Positions 8,858 to 18,435 of a DNA stretch of 64,000 bases are shown piece by piece. Source of the DNA: an uncultured Candidatus Saccharibacteria bacterium (GTDB taxonomy: Bacteria; Patescibacteriota; Minisyncoccia; Phycocordibacterales; UBA2100). Position numbers and translations under genes: made by a program. Each line of letters opens with the position of its first letter. The first letter of the stretch is position 1. Location: positions 546,285 through 610,284 of the forward strand of contig CAYNRJ010000001.1 of assembly GCA_964399865.1 (NCBI GenBank), written 5' to 3'. Below the pieces are notes generated by a model, which saw nothing but the letters and a program-made list of their open reading frames with translations, had not been told where the DNA came from and ran no database searches.

Positions 8858-10381
8858 GTGTTTTCGCGTGATACGCTTAGAGTAATGAGGGTCACTCGTG
8901 CTATTCCATTGGTATCTACACATATGCATTATGTGCTCATTTCTATTTTTGCCGCCCTCGTTTTGCTTCCATGGAGCGTGTCGGCTTCGCCGTACACATG
9001 TGTGACTACATCCGCTACTGGTGCCACAGCGAGTCGTCCGATTGATTCGACTCAGTGGAATCCCGCAACATGCGATAACCTTGGTCCAAATGGCGAACTC
9101 AGTAATCTATTGAGTGACCTCCTTGCAGATGTGCCAAACATGGGGAACGCTGCAAATCAGATGTGCGCGCCCGTTTATCCGCAATGTGGATGTGGAATGG
9201 TTCCCGGTCTTTTTGGTGTGTGTAGGCCGGGCCCGAACAAGAATCAATGTCCCTGTGCAGCTGCTGCTCCGGGCGGTGGAGTCACCGAGGGGATTTGTGT
9301 TGCGAATGAGGTGTGTCTCGGCGGCACGTATACGGACTTCACCGGCGCGACTACAAAAGTCGGGGATTTGGGCGGCATTGTCGGAGATATTTTTAAAGGT
9401 CTCCTCGGGCGAGTGATGCAAAACATTGGTCAAGATTCTGGGGCGGATGGGTGTACGCAATATTACACTGTCACCTCTACTTCTAGTGATCCATGTGCGA
9501 TTTATGACCCATCTCTTTCCGGTTCGATTCTAGGTGGGCTAACGCCTCAAGGGTCTAGTACTGCGCAACAACTTCTCGATGCGCTACTTGGAGGCTCTCA
9601 ATCATCGAATGCGGGCGGAAGCAATTCTGGTCAGACTCAGAGTATTGGAAGTCAGTTACTAAATCTCATAAACAATCTTCCAGCTGGATCTGATAATCAG
9701 ACGGGAGCTCAAAATCCACTCCTGTATCCTCTGGGTGGCAGTCAGGGATCCCTCGCGGATCAGACAGTTGCACTAAATCCGGACGGAACTCGTGGCGACA
9801 TTCAAATATTAAATGATGGCGCGACTATCTTTGCGGGATCTCGTGATCTAACAAAAGGGGAGGAGATTGCAGGGTTTTATGGAGGCAGCAGTGGTGGATT
9901 TGGGCAGCCGCAAGGGATCGCTGCTCGAATGTGCCAAACGAGGCCTTGGGCGGAGTCCTTTATTTCATACGTGATACCACCGTCTTTCTTCGATGGGCTA
10001 TGTACGTGGCGTGGATACGCGGTGGGATTCCCAGAATTTCCTGCATCTACTGGAGGAGCTTCAGGCCAACCATCAACATCATTTAGTTCTCCGACTACGG
10101 GAATTGTCTCTACCTCGAGCGTGCCACTCATACAACCAAAAGTGGAGATTTGGTCAGTGCCAAGTAAAGTTACGATTGGAGCGAGAATCTCAATTTTCTG
10201 GAATACTGTTGGAGTCTCATCGTGCGCTGTTACGAGTTCTGACGGGAGTTTTTCGGAGTCGTCCTTATCAGGAGGAGCGGCGACGGTACCTATTGTTGGA
10301 CCTACAACCTTTACAATCCGTTGCATCACTCCAAACGGTGTATATGTTGAAGATGAGGTGACCGTAGGACTGGGAGTTTAA
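8858..10381 (+). CDS. Secreted Cys-rich surface protein with C-terminal Ig-like domain
   Basis: Signal peptide (…PWSVSA), many Cys, Gly/Ser-rich linkers; true start may be downstream. Confidence 0.75.
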   Translation: MFSRDTLRVMRVTRAIPLVSTHMHYVLISIFAALVLLPWSVSASPYTCVTTSATGATASRPIDSTQWNPATCDNLGPNGELSNLLSDLLADVPNMGNAANQMCAPVYPQCGCGMVPGLFGVCRPGPNKNQCPCAAAAPGGGVTEGICVANEVCLGGTYTDFTGATTKVGDLGGIVGDIFKGLLGRVMQNIGQDSGADGCTQYYTVTSTSSDPCAIYDPSLSGSILGGLTPQGSSTAQQLLDALLGGSQSSNAGGSNSGQTQSIGSQLLNLINNLPAGSDNQTGAQNPLLYPLGGSQGSLADQTVALNPDGTRGDIQILNDGATIFAGSRDLTKGEEIAGFYGGSSGGFGQPQGIAARMCQTRPWAESFISYVIPPSFFDGLCTWRGYAVGFPEFPASTGGASGQPSTSFSSPTTGIVSTSSVPLIQPKVEIWSVPSKVTIGARISIFWNTVGVSSCAVTSSDGSFSESSLSGGAATVPIVGPTTFTIRCITPNGVYVEDEVTVGLGV

Positions 10382-10510
10382 GATTTAATAATAAGTCCCC
10401 CACGGAGTCCTGGGAAATGCCACAGGGGCACTTCATTTTTCTAGGGCGGAGTACCGCCAAGAAAAATTGGTCGCCCACAGTTTTCAGACCCTACTTATTA
10501 CGTACTCTTG

Positions 10511-10581
10511 TCCCCCCGGGAGGAATCGGACCTCCGTCAACGGATTAAAAGTCCGCTGCTCTACCATTGAGCTACGAGGGG
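10511..10581 (-). tRNA. tRNA-Lys(UUU)
   Basis: Cloverleaf CCCCTCG-TA-GCTC..GAGC-A-GCGGA-CTTTTAA-TCCGT..GGAGG-TCCGATT-CCTCC-CGGGGGG-A. Confidence 0.88.
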
Positions 10582-10663
10582 CTCACCACTGCCTAAAAAA
10601 CGCTGGCGTAGCAGCAAAACTATAGCATAGAGGCCGCTTGAGCAAATCTAATTACGCCTAGGT

Positions 10664-11008
10664 TTAAAGGGGAAGATCAAACGCTAAAGGGCCGGCGCCA
10701 GAGAGAACGAGGGTCAGTGCGAGGACTAACGAAAGAAGGATGGTGCCAAGTGCTACAGTGCGAAATCTTGGAGCGAATAACCATATGGAAATTAGTCCGA
10801 TCGCGATGAGGGCCGCTGCCTGAGTCCAGGCGCCTGCTATAACGAATGCCGCGATAATTCCTTCGACAACACCGAGAAGCCGGATTATGTTAGCGGGATT
10901 ACCAATATGCTGGAGCGTTGCATAGATGAATACAGAGCCAAGTGCGATGCGAATGATGAATACAGAAAATGGGGCGAGAAAGAGAAGCTCAGGAAAGACA
11001 GATAGCAT
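10664..11008 (-). CDS. DoxX-like membrane protein
   Basis: MLSVFPELL..RIALG…GAGPLAFDLPL pattern with 4 TM. Confidence 0.75.
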   Translation of the reverse strand: MLSVFPELLFLAPFSVFIIRIALGSVFIYATLQHIGNPANIIRLLGVVEGIIAAFVIAGAWTQAAALIAIGLISIWLFAPRFRTVALGTILLSLVLALTLVLSGAGPLAFDLPL

Positions 11009-11036
11009 CGGAATAGTATACAGTGGGGAAGCTGCC

Positions 11037-11504
11037 ATGAAAAACAGAGTATCTGTATTGCTTCATAATATTCGAAGCACCCATAACGTCGGTTCCATCT
11101 TCCGTACAAGCGATGCGGCGGGTGTCTCACACATCTATTTGTCCGGATACACACCTACTCCAATTGATCGGTTCGGTCGTGTCAGGAAAGATATCGCAAA
11201 AACCGCACTCGGGGCAGAAGTATCAGTACCGTGGTCACGCGTTTCAGATGTTTCTGTTTGTATTTCCGATTTGAAACAGGCTGGATGGAATATTGTAGGA
11301 GTTGAGCAAGATGCAAAATCTCTCGATTACCGCACCTATAGAGTAAAACAACCTACACTCTTTATTCTTGGGAACGAAGTAAAAGGACTGTCCCTCAGTC
11401 TGCGAAAAAAGTGCGATGCGTTAATTGAAATACCGATGCGGGGGAAAAAAGAATCACTGAACGTTTCCGTTGCTGCGGGAATTATTCTCTTCTCTAGTAC
11501 GTGA
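11037..11504 (+). CDS. TrmH/SpoU family RNA methyltransferase
   Basis: LHNIRSTHNVGSIFRT, ILGNEVKG and IPMRGKKESLNVSVA SPOUT motifs. Confidence 0.92.
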   Translation: MKNRVSVLLHNIRSTHNVGSIFRTSDAAGVSHIYLSGYTPTPIDRFGRVRKDIAKTALGAEVSVPWSRVSDVSVCISDLKQAGWNIVGVEQDAKSLDYRTYRVKQPTLFILGNEVKGLSLSLRKKCDALIEIPMRGKKESLNVSVAAGIILFSST

Positions 11505-12489
11505 TCGCGGCGACAGTTCTTCCTTCGGCGTCGAGAAGCCTGATGACGTCGTGTGTGTTGCGCCAGAGTTCACCCGAGGCATTTAAATAAATTCTCCACG
11601 ATGTATTTGCAAAGTCCGATCGATAGCGCGTCCTTTCAACGCAGCCGTTGTAAGAAAGTGTGTTAGCGAGATAGGTTTGGCACATAGGGGAGAGTGCAGG
11701 TGTAAACATTTCAATGGGAGATTCGCATGAGGGAATTCTCTTTACGAAATCTACGCACGCATCCCCGTATGTTTGGAGATTAGCCGCGGTGAGGGGCATA
11801 ACTTCTGCCGCGACAGGGCAGCGCTCTTTTAGCTCTGGGACGAAGGTTTGCATTTGATTCAGATACCCAGTGCATATGTTTTCTCGGAAAGATGTTCCTA
11901 TTGGTGATTGTCCGGAGACCGCGATCGCAGAGGCGCCCGGTGCGAGTTGAATTCCGCTCTGCACATTTACTGCGCCCATGAGGAAATTTTCCGCGCCGCG
12001 TGGAATATACACACGGACTCCGGTGAGTGCGCTTTGGAGAGACCACCCTGTTATATTGATCGGAGATGTGTTGTCAGACGCTGCGGTGATCCGGATGTAT
12101 TCTTCCTGGACTTTCGCTCTAGCAGCTGCGCTTTTCTCTATGCGCACCTCGTATCGATACGGTGAAGGTGTTCCAAATTCCTTTGCCTTTTGAATTGCCG
12201 CGTCTAAATCCTCGTACTCTTCCTGGAGCGCCTCAAGTTCTGCCTCGGGATCGCGCTCTTCGATCGTCCCGCTCCCGCCGCCTGCCCCTTCGTTTACGGA
12301 CTTAACAACCGGGGCTGTAGGTTGCCACGGGAGTCCTAATGTCTTCGCGCCGGAGAAACCATCTTTAAAAGGATTTGTGAAAAGTTTCGCTTGGTTCCAT
12401 GCTTTGCCAATGCCGCCGCTGAATAACCATAGGAGAATGAATGCGGCCACGATCCCAATCGCTAGCCATTTAAGAATGCTCTTAATCAT
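11494..12489 (-). CDS. Membrane-anchored extracellular protein (lamin-tail-like domain)
   Basis: N-terminal TM, EYIRI..INITGWSL and DVIRLLDAEGRTV segments. Confidence 0.65.
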   Translation of the reverse strand: MIKSILKWLAIGIVAAFILLWLFSGGIGKAWNQAKLFTNPFKDGFSGAKTLGLPWQPTAPVVKSVNEGAGGGSGTIEERDPEAELEALQEEYEDLDAAIQKAKEFGTPSPYRYEVRIEKSAAARAKVQEEYIRITAASDNTSPINITGWSLQSALTGVRVYIPRGAENFLMGAVNVQSGIQLAPGASAIAVSGQSPIGTSFRENICTGYLNQMQTFVPELKERCPVAAEVMPLTAANLQTYGDACVDFVKRIPSCESPIEMFTPALSPMCQTYLANTLSYNGCVERTRYRSDFANTSWRIYLNASGELWRNTHDVIRLLDAEGRTVAAITY

Positions 12490-12496
12490 ACGACTA

Positions 12497-13804
12497 TTAT
12501 ACTCTCGAGTTTGAAAGGAGGGCTTTCAATTCCTCGCGTGCAACACCCACATCGCTCCAAATTGTTTTCGCTCCGCGAGCTCCTGTAATATCTGGATCTG
12601 TTCCTTTTCCGGTTATCAGGACCGCATCGTTTTCTTTTGCGATCGCGAGCGCACGTCTAATTGCGAGGCGTCGATCCATAATTATTTCCGGGGTTCTCGA
12701 CATACCATGCGATAAGTCTTGAACGATTTGCATCGGGTCTTCGTCGCAAGGATCTTCGTTCGTAAGTATCACGACATCGCATCTTTCATCCGCGATGCGC
12801 CCCATGACCGGCCGCTTCCATGTATCGCGTCCGCCGCCCATTGAGCCGAGGACACACACAAGGCGACGCTTCGCTCCTGAAGAATGAGAGTACGCATCAT
12901 AAATTGCCTTTAATGAGTCGGGCGTATGCGCGTAATCAACAACAACAGTAAAATTCTGTCCCTCGTTCACTTCTTCGCCGCGACCGGGGATCATTTTTAT
13001 CCGATCTAGTCCTTTTCGTATCGCGTCTTTTGGAATTCCAAGTGTGTTTAAAAGTGTAGCTGCCGCGAGCGCATTCTTGAGTGAGAATTCTCCGGGAAGG
13101 TGAACCCGCATTCGTTCTCCTTTAAGTGTGAAATATCCGCCGTGATCGCTTGCTTCAAACGGTGCTGAGGATAGCGAAAAAGGAATAAGATTTTCTACGG
13201 GTAGCATCAAATATCTTCCGCTCTCCTTATCGTCCGCGTTTGCGACCATCGTACGTGGGCGTTTAGGGGAGCGAGCGAGTTCTTGTCCAATTTTAAATTT
13301 GGCATCGCTATACGCCTGCAGTGAACCATGAGATTCGATATGTTCAGGTGCGAGATTTGTGAATATAAGCGCATCGAGGTATGTAAATCGATGACGGTTT
13401 TGCCGCGCTCCCTCCGACGTCATTTCAAGCACAGCAGCATTGCAGCCATTTCGAAGTGCGTTACCAAGTGTGCGCTGCGTAAAAAATCTTCCGGGCATCG
13501 ACATTCTCGTACGATTTCGAGTCGAAGTGCCGCCCATTTTAAAACGAATAGAATTTATAAGGACTGTTTTATAGCCCGCTTCTTCAAGTATTGCGTTCAC
13601 GATCTCTGTCGTACTCGTTTTTCCTTTCGTGCCGGTGACTGCGATGACGAGCATCTTTTTACCGGGGAATCCGTATAAAACCGCGCCGAGCCACGCGAGA
13701 GAGAAGTGATACGCGGGCAATATTTTCTCAAGTACGGGTTTCGGTATGAGAGATGCAATTATCTTTTTTATGCGCTGCATGGTTCTTTTATTGTTTTCCT
13801 CCAA
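12497..13804 (-). CDS. murE: Mur ligase MurE
   Basis: VTGTKGKTST, LEMTSEG, FTNLAPEHIESHG and VVVDYAHTPDSL motifs. Confidence 0.88.
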   Translation of the reverse strand: MEENNKRTMQRIKKIIASLIPKPVLEKILPAYHFSLAWLGAVLYGFPGKKMLVIAVTGTKGKTSTTEIVNAILEEAGYKTVLINSIRFKMGGTSTRNRTRMSMPGRFFTQRTLGNALRNGCNAAVLEMTSEGARQNRHRFTYLDALIFTNLAPEHIESHGSLQAYSDAKFKIGQELARSPKRPRTMVANADDKESGRYLMLPVENLIPFSLSSAPFEASDHGGYFTLKGERMRVHLPGEFSLKNALAAATLLNTLGIPKDAIRKGLDRIKMIPGRGEEVNEGQNFTVVVDYAHTPDSLKAIYDAYSHSSGAKRRLVCVLGSMGGGRDTWKRPVMGRIADERCDVVILTNEDPCDEDPMQIVQDLSHGMSRTPEIIMDRRLAIRRALAIAKENDAVLITGKGTDPDITGARGAKTIWSDVGVAREELKALLSNSRV

Positions 13805-14363
13805 TCAATTTCAGTGCCTCTCGAAGTCTTGCGCTCCCACCTGTGACCTCGTGCGGTACTTTGCGGAGGATGTCCCGAGCTTCTTGCGCAGAGTAGCCGA
13901 GTGCGCGCATTGCCTGTTGAGCTTCTTCGTCCCCTGAGAGGGCACGCGACGCATCTTCTGCGGCGAGGCCGACCTTGTCTCGAAGTTCGAGAACGATTTT
14001 CTCAGCGGTTTTCTTTCCGATGCCCGATACGTTCGTGAGATACCCAGCGTTCCCCGCAGAAATCGCCGAACGAAGCGTTTCTATTGCAGCAAGATCTAGA
14101 ATTGCGAGAGCGGACCGAGGCCCAATACCTGGCACCGTGAGTAGTAGTCCGAAAAAAAGTAATTCTTCCTCCAGTTCGAATCCGTACAGATCGAGCACGT
14201 CTTCTCGGACCGCGAGATGGGTCCAAAGCGCGCCGTTCTCACCAGGCTTAAGTTTCAAAAGAGTTGCGCGCGTTACCGCGATCTTATATCCCACCCCGGA
14301 TGCAGAAAGAATAACGAATCCAGCACGGACCGCGTGCACTCTACCTTCTATATACCCAATCAT
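13788..14363 (-). CDS. ruvA: Holliday junction DNA-binding protein RuvA
   Basis: MIGYIEG, GVGY, VREDVLDLYGF, HhH motifs GIGPRSAL and GIGKKTAEKI. Confidence 0.96.
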   Translation of the reverse strand: MIGYIEGRVHAVRAGFVILSASGVGYKIAVTRATLLKLKPGENGALWTHLAVREDVLDLYGFELEEELLFFGLLLTVPGIGPRSALAILDLAAIETLRSAISAGNAGYLTNVSGIGKKTAEKIVLELRDKVGLAAEDASRALSGDEEAQQAMRALGYSAQEARDILRKVPHEVTGGSARLREALKLIGGKQ

Positions 14364-14462
14364 CCGTATAGCTTACCGTGGAAAGTGAGATGTTGCCTGT
14401 GGGGGAGGGATAAAGGCGAATTAAGCTTGCATTTGAGCGGTCTGTCGAGTAGTATCCCGGGA

Positions 14463-14729
14463 ATGGCAAACACAAGTTCCGCAAAAAAGGCACAGCGCGT
14501 GGCAGACCGTCGCCATGTGTTTAATGCACGCCGCAAGAAGGCTCTCAAAGAATCTGTAAAAGATATTTCTCGTCTCATAACTGCAAAAGATGCAAAAAAG
14601 GCAGAAGCAATGCTCCCAGCTTTTTTCAAAGCTGTAGATAAAGCGCAGAAGGGTAAAGTGATCGAGAAAAACACAGCGGGACGAATGAAGTCACGTATCG
14701 TGAAGAATATTCGCGCGATCGCGAAATAG
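14463..14729 (+). CDS. rpsT: 30S ribosomal protein S20
   Basis: MANTSSAKKAQR…VDKAQKGKVIEKNTAGRMKSR; promoter TTGCAT-17-TAGTAT ends 7 nt before the ATG. Confidence 0.95.
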   Translation: MANTSSAKKAQRVADRRHVFNARRKKALKESVKDISRLITAKDAKKAEAMLPAFFKAVDKAQKGKVIEKNTAGRMKSRIVKNIRAIAK

Positions 14730-14779
14730 ATAACCTCTTCTGAGGTTGGAAAGGCGGCGAAGGCCGCTTTTTCCTTTTG

Positions 14780-14851
14780 TGCTCCCGGTAGGAATCGAAC
14801 CTACATTGCATCCTCCGCAAGGATGCGTCCTATCCATTGAACGACGGGAGC
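14780..14851 (-). tRNA. tRNA-Arg(GCG)
   Basis: GCTCCCG-TC-GTTC..GGAC-G-CATCC-TTGCGGA-GGATG..GTAGG-TTCGATT-CCTAC-CGGGAGC-A. Confidence 0.92.
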
Positions 14852-14942
14852 GTGCAGGAAATGTACCACATTCTTTGTTTTTTCCACATTTCGCGCACCG
14901 AAATGCGTTGCGCTATAAGCACTATGGCCGCAAAATTGGCAC

Positions 14943-16694
14943 ATGCGTGATTTTCAGAAGGAAGACCCTGAGCTTACATCGCTGTTTCGTTGGGCTGTTA
15001 TAGCAGGGATCCTTTTGTGGATTGCGATGTCAGTCGCATCTTCCGCACCGCCTCCGCCAAATGAATCTCAAGCTGCAGCCGCGGCGGCGGGCACGGTTAC
15101 AGAAGATCCTTCGGAGGGCGCAGCTATTACTGACAATAATTTCGATCCAGTATTCATTCAATGTAGAATTCCAGTCGAGCGAATCCAGCTTAATTATGCC
15201 TGCAATCAAGAGGGCACAATTGCTGAGGTGAGTAGTTTGGAGCAGCCGTGCCGACCAGGCTTTAACTACGTGATAAAAGAAAATAGAGGCACGATAAGCG
15301 TAACAACCTCTGCGATCCCAGATCCTCGTGAGCGAACTATGACAGGGTGTCCAGCTAAGCCACCAACACCTATATGCTCGTCCGGTGCTAGGGCGATCGA
15401 AAGCACCAGCCTTGCCGCTTGTCAGGTTACATATTGTGCAGTGGTAGAGGATGAAGAGCTCTGCCGTGAAGCAGAGACCAGTGGTGACGGAGCGCTTGAT
15501 GTTGAACAAATCAGAAATAAGGAATTAGGCGAGCTCGCACTAGCATCAGGTGATCCGGCAGCTTTCATGGAATCAATGAATCTTTCCCCGACCGATACCA
15601 GAGCCATTTATTTGGCATTTGAAGATCAAGTCAAAACACAGGTGAACGTGGTCACGAACGCAAGAAGGGATTATGAAGCGGCACTTGATGAGCTTGCTGC
15701 TAATCCAGATATGTCGGAGGATACCGTAGATACGGCACTCGCGAGACTACAAGCGGAAGAGGCACGCCTCGCAGCTCTTCGTACTCAACAACAGCGATTA
15801 GCTGCTGCGCAAGCTCGGTTGGAGCCTCCCGCGGGTGGGGCGCCAGTTGTTGTTCCACCGACTACTCCTGCTCCAGTGTATACGCCGGGAACTCCACAAA
15901 CTTTCCCTGGTCCTACAGGAGGTACACAATTTCCACCGCGAGGTGAGGAGCAAGGTGGATTTACGGAGTTCATGCAGGGATTCTTTAACTCTCTCTTTGG
16001 TGGAGGAGGTCCAGGAGTTCCTCCTGCGGGGAACCAGGACCCTCAGGCGCCTGGGACATGCACACCAAAACTCTTGTGCGACGGAAACCTTCTGTATCAA
16101 AGAAATACTCAATGCGTAGATGCCGTCGTTGAGCAGTGTCAGTACGGATGTAACCAGGGAGGTACAGCATGTGTAGATGCGCCTCCGGCTCCAACTGCAC
16201 AAATATCTTGTCAGCCGCTTCTCGCGGATGCAGGAATGAGTGTCGTTATCACCCACGCATGTTCTGGAGGTACAAGTGTCGGTAGCGGATTCTCGACAGG
16301 TGGAAAACTTTCAGGTGCAACGTCAACTGTTCTTGCGACACCTCAACCAGGCCAAAACAATGTCACATTCGGTCTTACATGCACAAATCAAGGCGTGAGC
16401 GCGAATGCGTCGTGTAATGTGCAGGTGGCAAAACCGGGAATTGTTCTCGTCGCAAATCCTCAAACCGTAGCCGCCAATGAGGTTTCCGTCATTGGGTGGG
16501 TAACAGCAGGTATGCAAAAATGCACGATCTCAAGTCCTGACCAGGCGGATTTCACGGAGCGTAATGCAAGCCGTACAAGCGTGAGCGGTGTTGCTTCAAC
16601 TTCACCAATAACCGTTGAGACGGACATCCTCCTAAAGTGCACAACAATAGGTGGCAATACACGAGAAGCTACGACTACGATCTCGATTCAGTAG
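14943..16694 (+). CDS. Secreted/anchored Cys-rich protein with coiled coil and C-terminal Ig-like domains
   Basis: N-terminal hydrophobic helix, Cys pairs, ARLQAEEARLAAL coil, Pro-rich linker. Confidence 0.75.
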   Translation: MRDFQKEDPELTSLFRWAVIAGILLWIAMSVASSAPPPPNESQAAAAAAGTVTEDPSEGAAITDNNFDPVFIQCRIPVERIQLNYACNQEGTIAEVSSLEQPCRPGFNYVIKENRGTISVTTSAIPDPRERTMTGCPAKPPTPICSSGARAIESTSLAACQVTYCAVVEDEELCREAETSGDGALDVEQIRNKELGELALASGDPAAFMESMNLSPTDTRAIYLAFEDQVKTQVNVVTNARRDYEAALDELAANPDMSEDTVDTALARLQAEEARLAALRTQQQRLAAAQARLEPPAGGAPVVVPPTTPAPVYTPGTPQTFPGPTGGTQFPPRGEEQGGFTEFMQGFFNSLFGGGGPGVPPAGNQDPQAPGTCTPKLLCDGNLLYQRNTQCVDAVVEQCQYGCNQGGTACVDAPPAPTAQISCQPLLADAGMSVVITHACSGGTSVGSGFSTGGKLSGATSTVLATPQPGQNNVTFGLTCTNQGVSANASCNVQVAKPGIVLVANPQTVAANEVSVIGWVTAGMQKCTISSPDQADFTERNASRTSVSGVASTSPITVETDILLKCTTIGGNTREATTTISIQ

Positions 16695-16697
16695 TTT

Positions 16698-17168
16698 CTA
16701 AAAACCGAAGAATTCTAGGATCTTGTGAGCCGAAGATTCTTTCATTGGAATTTCCTCTGCACGCTCTGCGAGGAATTCGCGTACTTCCTTTGGGTCAACA
16801 TCTACAAGAGGGATGCTGAGATTAGGTGACATCCACTTTACGGTGTCGATAAGAAGGACGGGAGGATCCACATCGTGATCTTCCACCCAGAACGCGATGA
16901 TTTCTTCAAAGCGGTGCATGGTGTGTCCCACGCGCACTCCGCGATCTGATACTTCAAATTCGATCAGGGTCGGCGGTGTTTTAGCAAGAAGCGCTAAGGT
17001 ACCAGCGCCGACCAGAATGAGGAGGCCAAACAATACATTTCCAAATATAGTGCTGATGATCGCGATACAGATTGCGATGACGCCTAGCGCAATGAACCAG
17101 CTCTTCTCACGCTCTATATGATCGTGTTCGTAAGCGTGCCAACGTAGGGGACTGGAGTCTAATGACAT
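16698..17168 (-). CDS. 2-TM protein with PH-like cytoplasmic domain
   Basis: W.AYEH..EREKSW, two TM segments, GVRVG....FEEIIAFWV. Confidence 0.7.
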   Translation of the reverse strand: MSLDSSPLRWHAYEHDHIEREKSWFIALGVIAICIAIISTIFGNVLFGLLILVGAGTLALLAKTPPTLIEFEVSDRGVRVGHTMHRFEEIIAFWVEDHDVDPPVLLIDTVKWMSPNLSIPLVDVDPKEVREFLAERAEEIPMKESSAHKILEFFGF

Positions 17169-17191
17169 AAGTTAAGTATAGTTTACTGGCG

Positions 17192-17281
17192 ACGTAGAGC
17201 GAGGGCAATGTGAAAGTGTGATTTCACATTGCCGAGCCGAGGAGTCAGAAAGGGTTTGCAACCGGCAAACCCTTACTACGT
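17192..17281. repeat. Two-hairpin intergenic element bounded by ACGTAG/CTACGT
   Basis: Perfect stems 17204-17215/17222-17233 and 17250-17259/17265-17274. Confidence 0.6.
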
Positions 17282-17314
17282 ATTTAAGCTCTATTTTACA
17301 GTCCTCGTGAGAAA

Positions 17315-17728
17315 TTATGGAGAAACAGTATTTGCGCATCCCGTAGCATATCCAGGGATTGAATTTGTTTCGAGACAGAATGTGATCGTGTAATCGGTGC
17401 CGCTACTGTTTGAAATGTATTCATATTGGTACGCAGCGCCAAGCGGATCTACAGGAATAGTGTCGATTGCTCCATCTGCGATAAGCTCCGCGCCCGCAGT
17501 CGAGCCCGAGGTAATGGGAGTCTGAGTAGTTTCGATGGGGAATATACCGCCATTAGTAGCGGCATAAATAGCGAGCGCCTTTTGCAAACTGCCTACCTCT
17601 GACATGCGCTTTGTGTCGCGAGCTTTTGTACGAACGACGCCAAGAGAGGCGACCACAACAGAAGCCAAAAGACCGATAATTGCGACAACAACAAGTAATT
17701 CAATCAGGGTAAACCCCCTTGTTTTCAT
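17315..17728 (-). CDS. Type IV pilin / pseudopilin
   Basis: MKTRG^FTLIELLVVVAIIGLLASVV class III signal peptide, KARDTKR, C-terminal Cys pair. Confidence 0.93.
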   Translation of the reverse strand: MKTRGFTLIELLVVVAIIGLLASVVVASLGVVRTKARDTKRMSEVGSLQKALAIYAATNGGIFPIETTQTPITSGSTAGAELIADGAIDTIPVDPLGAAYQYEYISNSSGTDYTITFCLETNSIPGYATGCANTVSP

Positions 17729-17810
17729 TAGGTCATTGTATGAGAGATGTGAGACCATTCCCACCAGAGTCTGTGCACATCTTTTTGCTTTATGGTACAA
17801 CAGTCGATAC

Positions 17811-17895
17811 GGAGGGGTGGCGGAGTGGTCTAACGCACTTGTCTTGAAAACAAGAGTGTCGCAAGGCACCGTGAGTTCGAATCTCACCCCCTCCG
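17811..17895 (+). tRNA. tRNA-Ser(UGA)
   Basis: GGAGGGG acceptor, CTTGT-CTTGAAA-ACAAG anticodon arm, long variable arm, TTCGAAT. Confidence 0.95.
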
Positions 17896-17927
17896 CAAAG
17901 GCGCCAACTTAATGATATTGTGGGAGT

Positions 17928-18416
17928 ATGAACAGTATGAGTTCCGCACTCAAATTTTTTCTCGAGAGAAGTAAGTATCTAGTCCTCATTACATCAGCTG
18001 CCACACTTATAGCAGCAGCTGTGACATTTGTGTGGGCTACGGTGAGTATAATCGCGAATGCGGGCCGTCTCTTGGTTGGCCTCCTCAACGACGGGGCCGT
18101 ACATTCCGCTGACACTGGCGTCGGCATCGTATCCGCACTGGACTCAGTTCTTATGGCGATAATACTTTATATATTTTCAATTGCTCTGTACGAATTATTT
18201 ATAGGAAAACTTGAGGTGCCGGAATGGCTCGCGGTTAAGAACCTCGACGGACTAAAAGAGAAATTAGCGAGCGTTGTTATCCTTATTCTCGCAGTAACAT
18301 TTTTGAAGCATCTAGTGGAATGGAAAGACGCACTTGATACATTTTTATTCGGACTCGCGATTGCTGCCGTCCTTATCGCACTCGTTTTTTACATGAAGCA
18401 CAAGAAGGGCGAGTAA
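17928..18416 (+). CDS. YqhA/UPF0114 family membrane protein
   Basis: LYELFI..LEVPEWLAVKNLDGLKEKL motif, 4 TM. Confidence 0.85.
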   Translation: MNSMSSALKFFLERSKYLVLITSAATLIAAAVTFVWATVSIIANAGRLLVGLLNDGAVHSADTGVGIVSALDSVLMAIILYIFSIALYELFIGKLEVPEWLAVKNLDGLKEKLASVVILILAVTFLKHLVEWKDALDTFLFGLAIAAVLIALVFYMKHKKGE

Positions 18417-18435
18417 CGACAAACTTTTTTCGAAC

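Noticed and set aside
17192-17281. Hammerhead ribozyme (three-way junction, CTGA on the minus strand)
   Set aside because: The core reads CTGACTC rather than CUGANGA and there is no GAAA after the second stem.
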